Positions 1-7,335 of a stretch of DNA of 32,000 bases are shown piece by piece; within the stretch, counting starts at the first letter, position 1, and each line of letters begins with the position of its first letter. A program made the position numbers and the translations under genes. The DNA is from Nitrosospira multiformis ATCC 25196 (lineage in GTDB: Bacteria; Pseudomonadota; Gammaproteobacteria; Burkholderiales; Nitrosomonadaceae). The stretch is taken from the NCBI RefSeq assembly GCF_000196355.1, contig NC_007614.1:60001-92000 (forward strand). Reading direction: 5' to 3'. The notes below the pieces were generated by a model. The model saw only the letters and a program-made list of their open reading frames with translations, ran no database searches and was not told the origin of the DNA.

Positions 1-13
1 TCTATCCCTTCGC

Positions 14-454
14 CTAGCCCAAAGCCTGGGATCGCGTCCAGCGCACGATATCCTGTGTTGTCATTGCGCCCGCCTGGCGCGCAAGTTCCCGGCCGTCCTT
101 GAACAGGATGAGTGTCGGAATACTGCGAATGCGATACTGCGCGCCGACTGTTTGTTCCACATCGGTATTCACCTTCGCGAGGCGAACATGGGGCTCAAGC
201 AGAGCCGCCGCTTCTTTGAAGGCTGGCGCCATCATTTTGCAGGGTCCGCACCACGGTGCCCAGAAATCGACCAGCACTGGAACATCGTTTTTATTAATGT
301 AGCGTGCGAAGGTTGAACCGGTTAATTCCAATGGCTGGCCGGCGAATATCGGCTGATGGCATTGTCCGCAGTTGGGCTGCTCGCCGAGGCGCGCAGTGGG
401 GACACGGTTAATCGAGTGACAATGAGGGCAGACGAGATGCAGGGAATCACTCAT
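14..454 (-). CDS. trxC: thioredoxin 2 (zinc-finger thioredoxin)
   Basis: 146-aa ORF. An N-terminal double CxxC zinc finger (CPHC...CGQC) is followed by the WCGPC thioredoxin active site, which is the Trx2 architecture. Confidence 0.9.
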   Translation of the reverse strand: MSDSLHLVCPHCHSINRVPTARLGEQPNCGQCHQPIFAGQPLELTGSTFARYINKNDVPVLVDFWAPWCGPCKMMAPAFKEAAALLEPHVRLAKVNTDVEQTVGAQYRIRSIPTLILFKDGRELARQAGAMTTQDIVRWTRSQALG

Positions 455-698
455 AAGAATTTACACATATCATCCAATAATTCCAATAATAGCCGGTAAA
501 CCGGGTACTTCCGTTTTCAATCCAGGACGATGACTATTTGCGGCGGGGAGTCACGCGGTAGCGGCAAAAAACATGACCAATGTTATTTATACATTCAACT
601 ACCGATTTTCCTGCGGCTATTCGATATTGCACCTGAACTAGAACTATACAGCCCAGGTGCTCATGGATACTAGCTTTAAGATACTCAATCTTTGCTAT

Positions 699-720
699 GG
701 GTACACACGGGGGTACACAC
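699..720 (+). repeat. tandem GGGTACACAC x2 (699-708, 711-720); candidate recombinase/Xis arm-type sites at the island left end
   Basis: Exact 10-mer duplicated with a 2-bp spacer. The same GGTACAC/GTACCC core recurs four times, in the same orientation, next to the integrase gene at 10936-11035. Confidence 0.4.
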
Positions 721-898
721 CTTATCCAGTTCACTACGAATTAGCCACCAGATTTGCCCTTTTCAATATAAAGCAAATAACGTCGAAAGACGAGTTTCCG
801 GAGGAACAAATAGGGCACACCTACACCCATCAAGAATATGAGTGTAGTAGCCCCCAATTGAACCGGACACAGATGCACTGATGATAGGAGATAGGCAT

Positions 899-1306
899 AT
901 GCCTGGTGCTATGCATAGTGCTTCAGGTTTGGATCGTATTGAAATCGTCACCGGGATCGAGCGCCGCAGGCGCTGGAGCCTGGGTGAGAAATTAAAAGCT
1001 GTTGAGGAATCCCGCTTGCCGGGCATGAGTGTCTCGTATGTGGCGCGAAAATATGGTATTGCTCCGAGCTTGTTATTTCGCTGGAGGAAGCTCATGACTG
1101 AAGGAGGCAAGGAAGCTGTTCGTAGCGATGATGCGGTAGTGTCTGCGGCCGAGGTGAAAGAGTTGAAGAAGCGGATCCGGGAGTTGGAGCGGGTTCTGGG
1201 CAAGAAAACCCTGGAGAACGAGATTCTCACGGAAGCGGTGAAGCTTGCGCATGAAAAAAAACTGATCTCGCGCATGCCCTTGCTGCCACCGGACGATTTG
1301 CCATGA
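899..1306 (+). CDS. IS3-family transposase OrfA (HTH)
   Basis: The motif RRRRWSLGEKLKAVEES...PGMSVSYVARKYGIAPSLLFRWRK resembles IS2 OrfA. GGAG at 887-890 precedes the ATG at 899; the ORF track begins at 881. Confidence 0.85.
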   Translation: MPGAMHSASGLDRIEIVTGIERRRRWSLGEKLKAVEESRLPGMSVSYVARKYGIAPSLLFRWRKLMTEGGKEAVRSDDAVVSAAEVKELKKRIRELERVLGKKTLENEILTEAVKLAHEKKLISRMPLLPPDDLP

Positions 1307-2151
1307 AGGCCATTGCAGACACCATGGGTGTGGCGCGCTCCCGTCTTGTGGAACGGATGAAGCCGCAGGAAAAGTCTTTTCGTTGCCGCTACAACAAGGC
1401 TGATGATGCCTGGCTGTTGCCCTTGATCCGCGAAATTGTGGATTGCCGCGCGACCTACGGATACAGAAGGATTTGCGCTCTCCTTAACCGCAAACTGGAG
1501 AGAATGGGCAAGCCTGCTGTCAATCACAAGCGGGTCTATCGCATCATGCGCCAGAATGGCCTGCTGCTGGCCCGATATACGGGCAAACAGCGCGTGCTGT
1601 CTCATGAAGGCAAGGTCATTACCTTGCGTTCCAATTTGCGCTGGTGTTCGGATGGTTTTGAGATTCCCTGCTGGAATGGGCAAGTAGTGCGTGTTGCCTT
1701 CGCCCTGGATTGCTGTGATCGTGAAGTCATCAGCCATGTTGCCACCACTGGCGGCATTACTGGGGAAATGGTGCGCGATCTGATGACTGAATCCGTTGAG
1801 CGGCGCTTCGGCACCGTTGACCTGCTCCCACACAGGGTGGAGTGGCTCAGCGACAATGGCAGCTGTTACACCGCCAGCGAGACAACTGCTTTTGCAAAGG
1901 ATATGGGCTTCATCAGCTGTTTTACTCCCGTCAGAAGTCCCGAATCCAACGGTATGGCCGAGGCCTTCGTCAAAACCTTCAAGCGGGATTACGTCTATGT
2001 CCATGATCGTCCCGACGCAAAAACCGTAATGGCGCAGCTTGACCAATGGTTCGAGGATTACAATGAATTCCATCCTCACAAGGGGCTGAAGATGAAGTCG
2101 CCAAGACAATTCATCCGCAGCCAGTTACTAACCGCATCCTGTCCGGTTTAA
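1303..2151 (+). CDS. IS3-family transposase OrfB (rve DDE domain), probably made as an OrfAB fusion by -1 frameshift
   Basis: Integrase-core motifs are present (WLSDNGSCYTA, SPESNGMAEAF). The A8 slippery run at 1254-1261 lies in the orfA frame, and the -1 frame opens immediately after the TGA at 1252-1254. Confidence 0.88.
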   Translation: MKAIADTMGVARSRLVERMKPQEKSFRCRYNKADDAWLLPLIREIVDCRATYGYRRICALLNRKLERMGKPAVNHKRVYRIMRQNGLLLARYTGKQRVLSHEGKVITLRSNLRWCSDGFEIPCWNGQVVRVAFALDCCDREVISHVATTGGITGEMVRDLMTESVERRFGTVDLLPHRVEWLSDNGSCYTASETTAFAKDMGFISCFTPVRSPESNGMAEAFVKTFKRDYVYVHDRPDAKTVMAQLDQWFEDYNEFHPHKGLKMKSPRQFIRSQLLTASCPV

Positions 2152-2550
2152 TAGGGGCAACTCCAATGAGGGCAAACATTACATACACCTGAGAAGATAA
2201 AAAAGCGGTTGAGACAGCGTTATCTGAGCCAACAAGTTGGCCAAAGAATCCCATCACTATAAAACTTAGGCCAACGATAGAATCCACCTTAGTTGCGACC
2301 ACCTTTTTAAGGTCGTCCTCCTTGTAAAACGCGTCGGCTTCCGAATACTCTTGTTCCCCCTGTGAAGCAAACCCCCAAACAAGGATCAATGCACCGAGAA
2401 GATCATATAGCAACGCCACACGAGCAAGGGTAAACCAATCAAGCGATAACATTTAATTCTCCTTAGTTAAATAGGCCAAAAGGCTACCTCCTAGTATGCA
2501 AATATCATTATGACATGTCAATGCGAACTAGAAATTTTTTTGTGAACTAC

Positions 2551-2578
2551 CTGCACTTTTGCAGACGTCTGCACTTTT
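2551..2578. promoter_or_regulatory. operator-like element: palindrome TGCAGACGTCTGCA (2560-2573) nested in a direct repeat CTGCACTTTT (2551-2560, 2569-2578)
   Basis: A perfect 14-bp palindrome lies about 40 bp upstream of a candidate minus-strand promoter for the membrane-protein gene (TTGACA at 2521-2516, 17-nt spacer, CATACT at 2498-2493). Confidence 0.4.
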
Positions 2579-2585
2579 CCCTGGA

Positions 2586-2621
2586 CAAACAAAAACCCCC
2601 TCATTTTTTAAGATGAGGGGG
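2586..2621 (-). terminator. rho-independent terminator after orf201
   Basis: The minus-strand stem is CCCCCTCAT / ATGAGGGGG (2596-2604 / 2613-2621) with an 8-nt loop, followed by TTTTTGTTTG. Confidence 0.75.
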
Positions 2622-2654
2622 TTACTTATACCTGGTGCGTTTAAGCTGCTTTAG

Positions 2655-3260
2655 TTAAAAAGGTGGATACACTCCTGTATCCCCCTTTCGAGCTGGTTTT
2701 TGCGATTGTACAGCGGTGTGCACCACTCCAGCATCAGTTAGCCCGGTCTCGATCTGGTCAATTTGTGCTTGGAGACTGGTATTTTCGGCCATAAGATTAT
2801 TTATTTCTGTCATCCGTTTTGGCATCGCAGGTCCAACAATGGTCGGGTATTCCATTTCTTGTACCGCTTTCCGCAGGCCTGCCTTTAGCTGGTCGCCCAG
2901 CATCCAAAATAATGCTACTTCGAGGTCATATACAGTAGCTTCATGATGGTCGTGTTCGCATGCTGTCAGGATTTTAAGCCCCCCCACTTTCCCTCTGTCT
3001 CCGACATAGTTGCAACCCGCGTCTTTGCCGTGGCAAGGATTTTTAGTGACAAGCTTCACCGCTTCTGCCAACTTTTGCGGATAGCGGTCTGCAATCCGAT
3101 CCATACGGGCAGCAAGCAGATCCGCCAGTTCTTCGCGAGGCGGAGGGAGGTTTTTGAGTTCCTCGATCCGGAGCTTATTCTTCCCTATTGTTGCCCGCAT
3201 CTTTTGGCACTCGTTACGAGCGTCTTCCAAAGTGCTTTTTACTTTTAACCAATCAAACAT
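2655..3260 (-). CDS. hypothetical protein with heptad-like (coiled-coil-looking) N- and C-terminal segments
   Basis: 201-aa ORF with an AAAGGAA SD, 42 nt downstream of the S49 gene. No family recognised. Confidence 0.6.
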   Translation of the reverse strand: MFDWLKVKSTLEDARNECQKMRATIGKNKLRIEELKNLPPPREELADLLAARMDRIADRYPQKLAEAVKLVTKNPCHGKDAGCNYVGDRGKVGGLKILTACEHDHHEATVYDLEVALFWMLGDQLKAGLRKAVQEMEYPTIVGPAMPKRMTEINNLMAENTSLQAQIDQIETGLTDAGVVHTAVQSQKPARKGDTGVYPPF

Positions 3261-3302
3261 TATCGATATTCCTTTGTCTTTTCAGGTTTGTTTACCCACC
3301 GC

Positions 3303-4268
3303 TTACACGCGACGTAATATCTTGACGCTGCCTGCCGCAGCTGCGCGCGTGTAGGCCGTGAAGCCCTCGAGTGTCACGAATTCCTCACGAATCTGCGGAT
3401 CATTGCGCCACTGGGCAGCGCAGGATTCTTCCAGGGACATAGATATTTGCTCCTCCTTTTTCGTTGCCCTGGCTGCGCTGGGCATTGCGCCAGACGAAAC
3501 CAGGGTACTTTCAAACGTGCCAATGGCGTCAGCCAGTCCCGCCCTTACTGCCTCAACGCCAACCAATACCCCGCCTTGCCCGAAGTCGGAGTTGACCTTC
3601 ATTTCATTAACTCCGCGATACCGTGCAACCTTCGCGGTAAATACACTGGCAAGACTGTCGATTTCTTTCTGCAGGACCTGGAGCCCCTCAGGGGTCGCCG
3701 GATCAGGTCTTTTCTTGGGTGCATTGGAAGAAACGATCTGATGAAAAATGACTCCCTGCATTTGCTGGCGCGCCTTGTCATCAATGGCTGTGCCAACCAC
3801 CCCGATGCTGCCTACCAGAGCTGTATCGGAAATTGTGATGTGACTGGTAGCGGCTGCCAGCCAGTAAGCAGCGGAAGCTCCCATTCCGGAAACAAAAGAC
3901 TCTATTGGCTTGATGGATCGAGCCGAGAATATTTGGTCCGCCAGCGGAGATACTCCGGATACCACGCCTCCAGGCGAATCAATGTTCAATACGATCTTGT
4001 TAACGGACGAGTCAGCCAAGGCAGCGCTCAGGTCCTGCTGGATGGTTTCCACATCTGTGCCGCCAAAGAGCAGACTGAGGAAGCTTGCGCGTGGCGTGAT
4101 AGGGCCAGTGATATCGATAACTGCCACGCCGTCCTGCGAAACACTTTTGCGTTGGGATGCCGGAAACTTGAGGCCTGGACCGGCAGCGTGTGCGTTTCGG
4201 ATCAGGCTTTCAAAAGTTTCCTTGTGCAATGCCCAGGGGCGGCCAAAGAGTTCAGTATGAAGACTCAT
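3303..4268 (-). CDS. S49-family serine peptidase (SppA / phage prohead protease gpC-like) with a scaffold-like C-terminal tail
   Basis: The sequence NKIVLNIDSPGG...SGMGASAAYWLAAA is typical of the S49/ClpP-fold family. The C-terminal roughly 80 aa is non-protease. The ATGA start/stop overlaps orf291. Confidence 0.75.
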   Translation of the reverse strand: MSLHTELFGRPWALHKETFESLIRNAHAAGPGLKFPASQRKSVSQDGVAVIDITGPITPRASFLSLLFGGTDVETIQQDLSAALADSSVNKIVLNIDSPGGVVSGVSPLADQIFSARSIKPIESFVSGMGASAAYWLAAATSHITISDTALVGSIGVVGTAIDDKARQQMQGVIFHQIVSSNAPKKRPDPATPEGLQVLQKEIDSLASVFTAKVARYRGVNEMKVNSDFGQGGVLVGVEAVRAGLADAIGTFESTLVSSGAMPSAARATKKEEQISMSLEESCAAQWRNDPQIREEFVTLEGFTAYTRAAAAGSVKILRRV

Positions 4269-5140
4269 AAGCTTTTCGCATCCGTAGACATATGCAATCC
4301 GGCTGATCTAAGCGCGTTTTCGATCTGCTCCTGGCTGAGCACGTCAGTAATCAAAGGCGGCAGTTCACCTTTTTCATCATCGCAATCCATGGCTTGGCGA
4401 AGGATGCGGCCATGATAGTCACTAAGATCATGATCATGTCTTGCCTGGAGCTCTTCTGAGCTGCCCCAAGCGTGAAGTGTGAGAACAGCTAGTTTTCCCA
4501 AAATATCCATGTACGATTTTCCTATATGAGTTGAGGGATTGATCGCAGTAGTCGATCGAGGTTGATCGTACGTATCGGCATGGAGGTGCAACAAGATGGA
4601 AGAGGTGCATGAAGCTGCGGCATGTTCCTGCACTATCTTCCTCAGCTGTCGCCAGTCACGAGGCACCATGCCCCCACCGAACTTGAAGGCAAAGAACAAT
4701 GCACGCCGAAAAGGAGTCATATCTTCCGGCGGAAGCGTGCGCTCCTCCAGCTGAGGCCAGAAGACCTCCTGGAAGATGTCAATTTGCTTGCTCAATTCAA
4801 GCCGGCGCTTGTGATCGGTAGGTTCATCAATCAATTCAAACGCACGCACGAGCCAGGTATTCCGTGCTTCGAATCTATCAACAGTTCGCCAATTACGTTG
4901 AGCCGCTGAAGGCGCAAGATTCATCACTTCATCGAGCGTGCGCTTCCCATTCACGTATTCACGGAATTTGGCTCTAACCCACAGAAGAGTTTCCGCAGGA
5001 ACCAATTCGCTATCAGGTGCGGTAAGCGCACGGATGTGTTCCTCTATATCGGGTGGAAGTCCACACTGTCTACCTGGTGGGGTTTCACCTCCCGTTGCCA
5101 GTTGCCTCCAATGATTTGCTTCGATGTGTGACGCACTCAT
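4265..5140 (-). CDS. hypothetical protein (291 aa), translationally coupled to the S49 peptidase
   Basis: Long ORF with a 4-bp overlap with the downstream gene. No family recognised. Confidence 0.6.
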   Translation of the reverse strand: MSASHIEANHWRQLATGGETPPGRQCGLPPDIEEHIRALTAPDSELVPAETLLWVRAKFREYVNGKRTLDEVMNLAPSAAQRNWRTVDRFEARNTWLVRAFELIDEPTDHKRRLELSKQIDIFQEVFWPQLEERTLPPEDMTPFRRALFFAFKFGGGMVPRDWRQLRKIVQEHAAASCTSSILLHLHADTYDQPRSTTAINPSTHIGKSYMDILGKLAVLTLHAWGSSEELQARHDHDLSDYHGRILRQAMDCDDEKGELPPLITDVLSQEQIENALRSAGLHMSTDAKSL

Positions 5141-5157
5141 TGGTAAATCTCTCCAAT

Positions 5158-5198
5158 GACCACCCTATTGACCACATAGACCACTCCGAACCGACCAC
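5158..5198. repeat. four GACCAC hexamers (5158, 5170, 5179, 5193) in the 5' region of orf291
   Basis: Four same-orientation copies lie within 41 bp, starting 18 bp upstream of the orf291 start codon. This is a candidate regulator-binding array. Confidence 0.35.
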
Positions 5199-5330
5199 CC
5201 CATGAGTTCAAAGTCACTAGCGCTTTTTTGGGGTCGTTCGTGCCGCATCTAAAAAACCTCCTGGAAGGACCCGTGAATTCTGGCTGGCAACCCCGTCCAG
5301 TTCTGCCCATCCCACACATATACATACCTA

Positions 5331-5534
5331 GGGTGAAATAAGTGAAATAAGTGAAGAAAGGCGTGGTTATTGGGTTTGAGCCAGATTGGTAAAAGTGAAA
5401 TAAGTGAAAAAAGGGTGATTTATATATAAAGTGATTTATATTATTTATAGTTATTTCACCTTTTTTCACCCTTTTTTCACCGTTAATATTCCTTTGAATA
5501 CCGCATGAATAGGCTTTCTTCACTTATTTCACCC
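5331..5534. repeat. iteron-flanked putative origin of replication
   Basis: Five GTGAARWAA 9-mers lie on the plus strand (5333, 5342, 5351, 5395, 5404) and five inverted copies follow (5451, 5461, 5472, 5515, 5524). They flank an AT-rich core that contains 2x GTGATTTATAT (5415, 5431). The outermost iteron overlaps the helicase stop codon. Confidence 0.7.
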
Positions 5535-6923
5535 TTTCTTATAAGCGTAATATCTCAATGCCGGTCTCCCGCCTGAGGCGCTATCCTTGCGTTCCTCCGC
5601 CAGTGGAGGCGCAAGGTTGAGCAACACCTCAAGCGCATGCTTCACCTGCTTGATATGCTTGCGGTTCCAGTGATCCTGCAAGGCTGTGAGGGTGATGCCA
5701 GGATTGGAAGTGATTAAGGACAGCACCTCGGCAACGAAAGGATCAATGCCGCCTTCATCATCCTGACAGTTGAAGATGTAGGTGACGCTAGCGTGCCAGT
5801 ACTCCACCCAGGCAATCGCCGCCCAAAGATCGCATGGCTCGATCTCAAGTCTTCCATCCATTGCAGCAAAGATCATGGCGAGCATTCGCGCATACATCTC
5901 AGATCGCGCCAGCAGGCTCCCTCCTTTGCCGTCCCTGTCCCGGGTAAGGCGTGGGTACTGCTCTATCCACAACTCGCGTGCAGCATCGCTCAGACGAACT
6001 TCCCGGGTGTTGTTCCCGTGGAGGTCACCTCCTGTTGCTGCCATTACTGCATCAGCTACGCGCGCCGCCAGCAGGCTCAGTGTTTCTTCAGGTGTGGGCT
6101 CAGGCAGAGGCACCAGCTTAGGGCGATACACGTACAGCATCATGAATCGATTCAGCAGCCCGTTTGCCACCTCGTTATCCGTCGATTTTTCGCGCAGCTC
6201 ATGGCTGGTGATGTGGCCCAGGATAACGACATGAGGCCGCGTGGCCTTGGTCTGATTGGTCTTGGTAAGCGGCTCCATATCCCGGCCATCGAAGAGATTG
6301 CGTATGGTTGCCGACAGTGTGTTGTTGTCGCGGCGCAGCTGCGAGAGCGTGTTGTCCATTTCGCTTTCAATCACCAGCAGGCGCTTATCCGCCACGCCAG
6401 CATCGGCCCCTTTGCCGTTGTCGTCAGCCTCGCGCGGGTCCCGTATCGCCCATGCCACCCCTTCACCAGTGGAAAGACCGCCAGCGTGAATCCGCAGGCG
6501 GTCATTGTTTCCTTGTCGTTTTCTAAGGATTTCATCTGCGCGGCGGAATATCTCACGTACCGTGGTTTCCGCCGTGCCCTTTCTGGCCTTGCCGCTCTTT
6601 CCAACAATGATCTGGAAGGCGCGGCAGTGAATCGAAGCATCTCCGATCTTCTGGAAAATGGAGCGGCCAGTCATCGCACAGAAGAAGGCCAGGACGTTCG
6701 ACGCCACGGCCACCGGATGCGCTTCGCTGTTGGAGCATGCTGCTTCGACGAACTTATGAACAAGAGGGGGGAAACCATCCTCATGCATGCGCGGCGGCGC
6801 CAAGGGAGTGTGAGTTTCAACCAGTTGTGGCCCCGGCAGCTTGCTCGCGCTCGCCTTCGCTGCCACCTTATCGAGGGCAACAGCGCCGCGCTCAATGCTT
6901 TGGGTATCGTCACGAATCGCCAT
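5529..6923 (-). CDS. DUF3987 (YfjI-like) putative replicative helicase / replication initiator
   Basis: 464 aa with a P-loop-like GKSGKARKGTA. The N-terminal FPPLVHKFVEAA region is typical of DUF3987 proteins found next to primases in integrative elements. Confidence 0.65.
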   Translation of the reverse strand: MAIRDDTQSIERGAVALDKVAAKASASKLPGPQLVETHTPLAPPRMHEDGFPPLVHKFVEAACSNSEAHPVAVASNVLAFFCAMTGRSIFQKIGDASIHCRAFQIIVGKSGKARKGTAETTVREIFRRADEILRKRQGNNDRLRIHAGGLSTGEGVAWAIRDPREADDNGKGADAGVADKRLLVIESEMDNTLSQLRRDNNTLSATIRNLFDGRDMEPLTKTNQTKATRPHVVILGHITSHELREKSTDNEVANGLLNRFMMLYVYRPKLVPLPEPTPEETLSLLAARVADAVMAATGGDLHGNNTREVRLSDAARELWIEQYPRLTRDRDGKGGSLLARSEMYARMLAMIFAAMDGRLEIEPCDLWAAIAWVEYWHASVTYIFNCQDDEGGIDPFVAEVLSLITSNPGITLTALQDHWNRKHIKQVKHALEVLLNLAPPLAEERKDSASGGRPALRYYAYKKG

Positions 6924-7335
6924 TGCACACCTCGGTCGCCCTTTGCAATCGTGAAGCAGCCACCAGGAGGCGCTTTCTGTCTTCCTCTGAAAGCTCCACG
7001 CCTTTGGCTACATTCAGTGCCGCTATCGATACCAGGAGTGCTTCGAATGCCAGACAGCGCAAAATGTCGCTTGCATAAAATGGTTTCCGCTCTTTCTGGC
7101 CGCTGTAACCTTCCTGACGCTCTGGAAACAAATCTTCGAGGGAGAGTCCTACTGCCGCGAGAACATTGGAGGTTTCGCATCCCGCGAAGTCATGCAGGAG
7201 CACGCGCCCATCGTCCAGTTCTCTAATCGCGAGAGAGGGCCGTTTATCCCGATGAGCTGGGCAGCGTGCTATCCAGCGACCTCTCCCGGTTTGTTTCACT
7301 CCGTCCAGGCGGTTCAAAAGGGTAGAGGCGCTCAT
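6910..7335 (-). CDS. primase-type zinc-binding domain protein (no catalytic domain recognisable)
   Basis: The WIARCPAHRDKRPSLAIRELDDGRVLLHDFAGC motif (CPxH...H..xxGC) matches the N-terminus of phage and plasmid primases. The protein is only 141 aa. It overlaps both neighbouring genes. Confidence 0.55.
   Translation of the reverse strand: MSASTLLNRLDGVKQTGRGRWIARCPAHRDKRPSLAIRELDDGRVLLHDFAGCETSNVLAAVGLSLEDLFPERQEGYSGQKERKPFYASDILRCLAFEALLVSIAALNVAKGVELSEEDRKRLLVAASRLQRATEVCNGDS

Larger units (their letters stand above)
843..2165 (+). mobile_element. IS3-family insertion sequence, IS2 group (1323 bp)
   Basis: Terminal inverted repeats are TGTAGTAGCCCCCAATTGAACCGGACA (843-) and the reverse complement of 2165, TGGAGTTGCCCCTATTAAACCGGACA. 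They resemble the IS2 ends as I recall them. A 5-bp direct repeat ATGAG lies at 838-842 and 2166-2170. Two overlapping transposase ORFs are present. Confidence 0.9.
741..2452 (-). pseudogene. small 3-TM membrane protein gene interrupted by an IS (exons 2171-2452 and 741-842)
   Basis: Removing the IS plus one copy of the ATGAG duplication joins 2171 to 842 in frame. The ORF then continues ...VYVMFALIFLMGVGVPYLFLRKLVFRRYLLYIEKGKSGG* (127 aa), completing a third hydrophobic helix with a basic tail. The present ORF 2111-2452 ends in IS-derived codons. There is a strong SD (AAGGAG) before the ATG at 2452. Confidence 0.65.

Noticed and set aside
501-508. Inverted copy (CCGGGTAC) of the GTACCCGG arm motif outside the proposed left core
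   Set aside because: It is a single 8-mer in the opposite orientation, in the trxC promoter region. This is compatible with chance and not enough to move the island boundary.
455-740. tRNA or tmRNA gene as the integration target at either island end (also checked 10903-11154)
   Set aside because: I could not fold a cloverleaf or find a GTTCGAATC/T-loop-type motif in either junction. The only tRNA in the window, at 20715-20788, is 9.6 kb from the island.
763-2109. 448-aa minus-strand ORF spanning the whole IS
   Set aside because: It is antisense to two well-supported transposase ORFs and its composition is low-complexity Ser/Ala/Arg-rich. It is a typical shadow ORF.
5137-5523. 128-aa ORF between orf291 and the helicase gene
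   Set aside because: It lies across the iteron arrays and the AT-rich core. Its repetitive FTYFTYF/FHLFHF peptide is a translation of the repeats, not a gene.
5331-5534. Possible CRISPR array, because of the many short repeats
   Set aside because: The repeat unit is only 9 bp, the copies are tandem or inverted with no unique spacers of 25-40 bp, and no cas genes are present. The pattern fits origin iterons.
5793-7226. 477-aa plus-strand ORF, and other long antisense ORFs (3447-4415, 11167-12027, 14918-15505, 20853-21746, 24881-25717, 27494-28204)
   Set aside because: Each is antisense to a gene with clear family motifs. Each is Arg/Ala/Gly-rich, as expected for shadow frames in GC-rich DNA, and none has recognisable domains.
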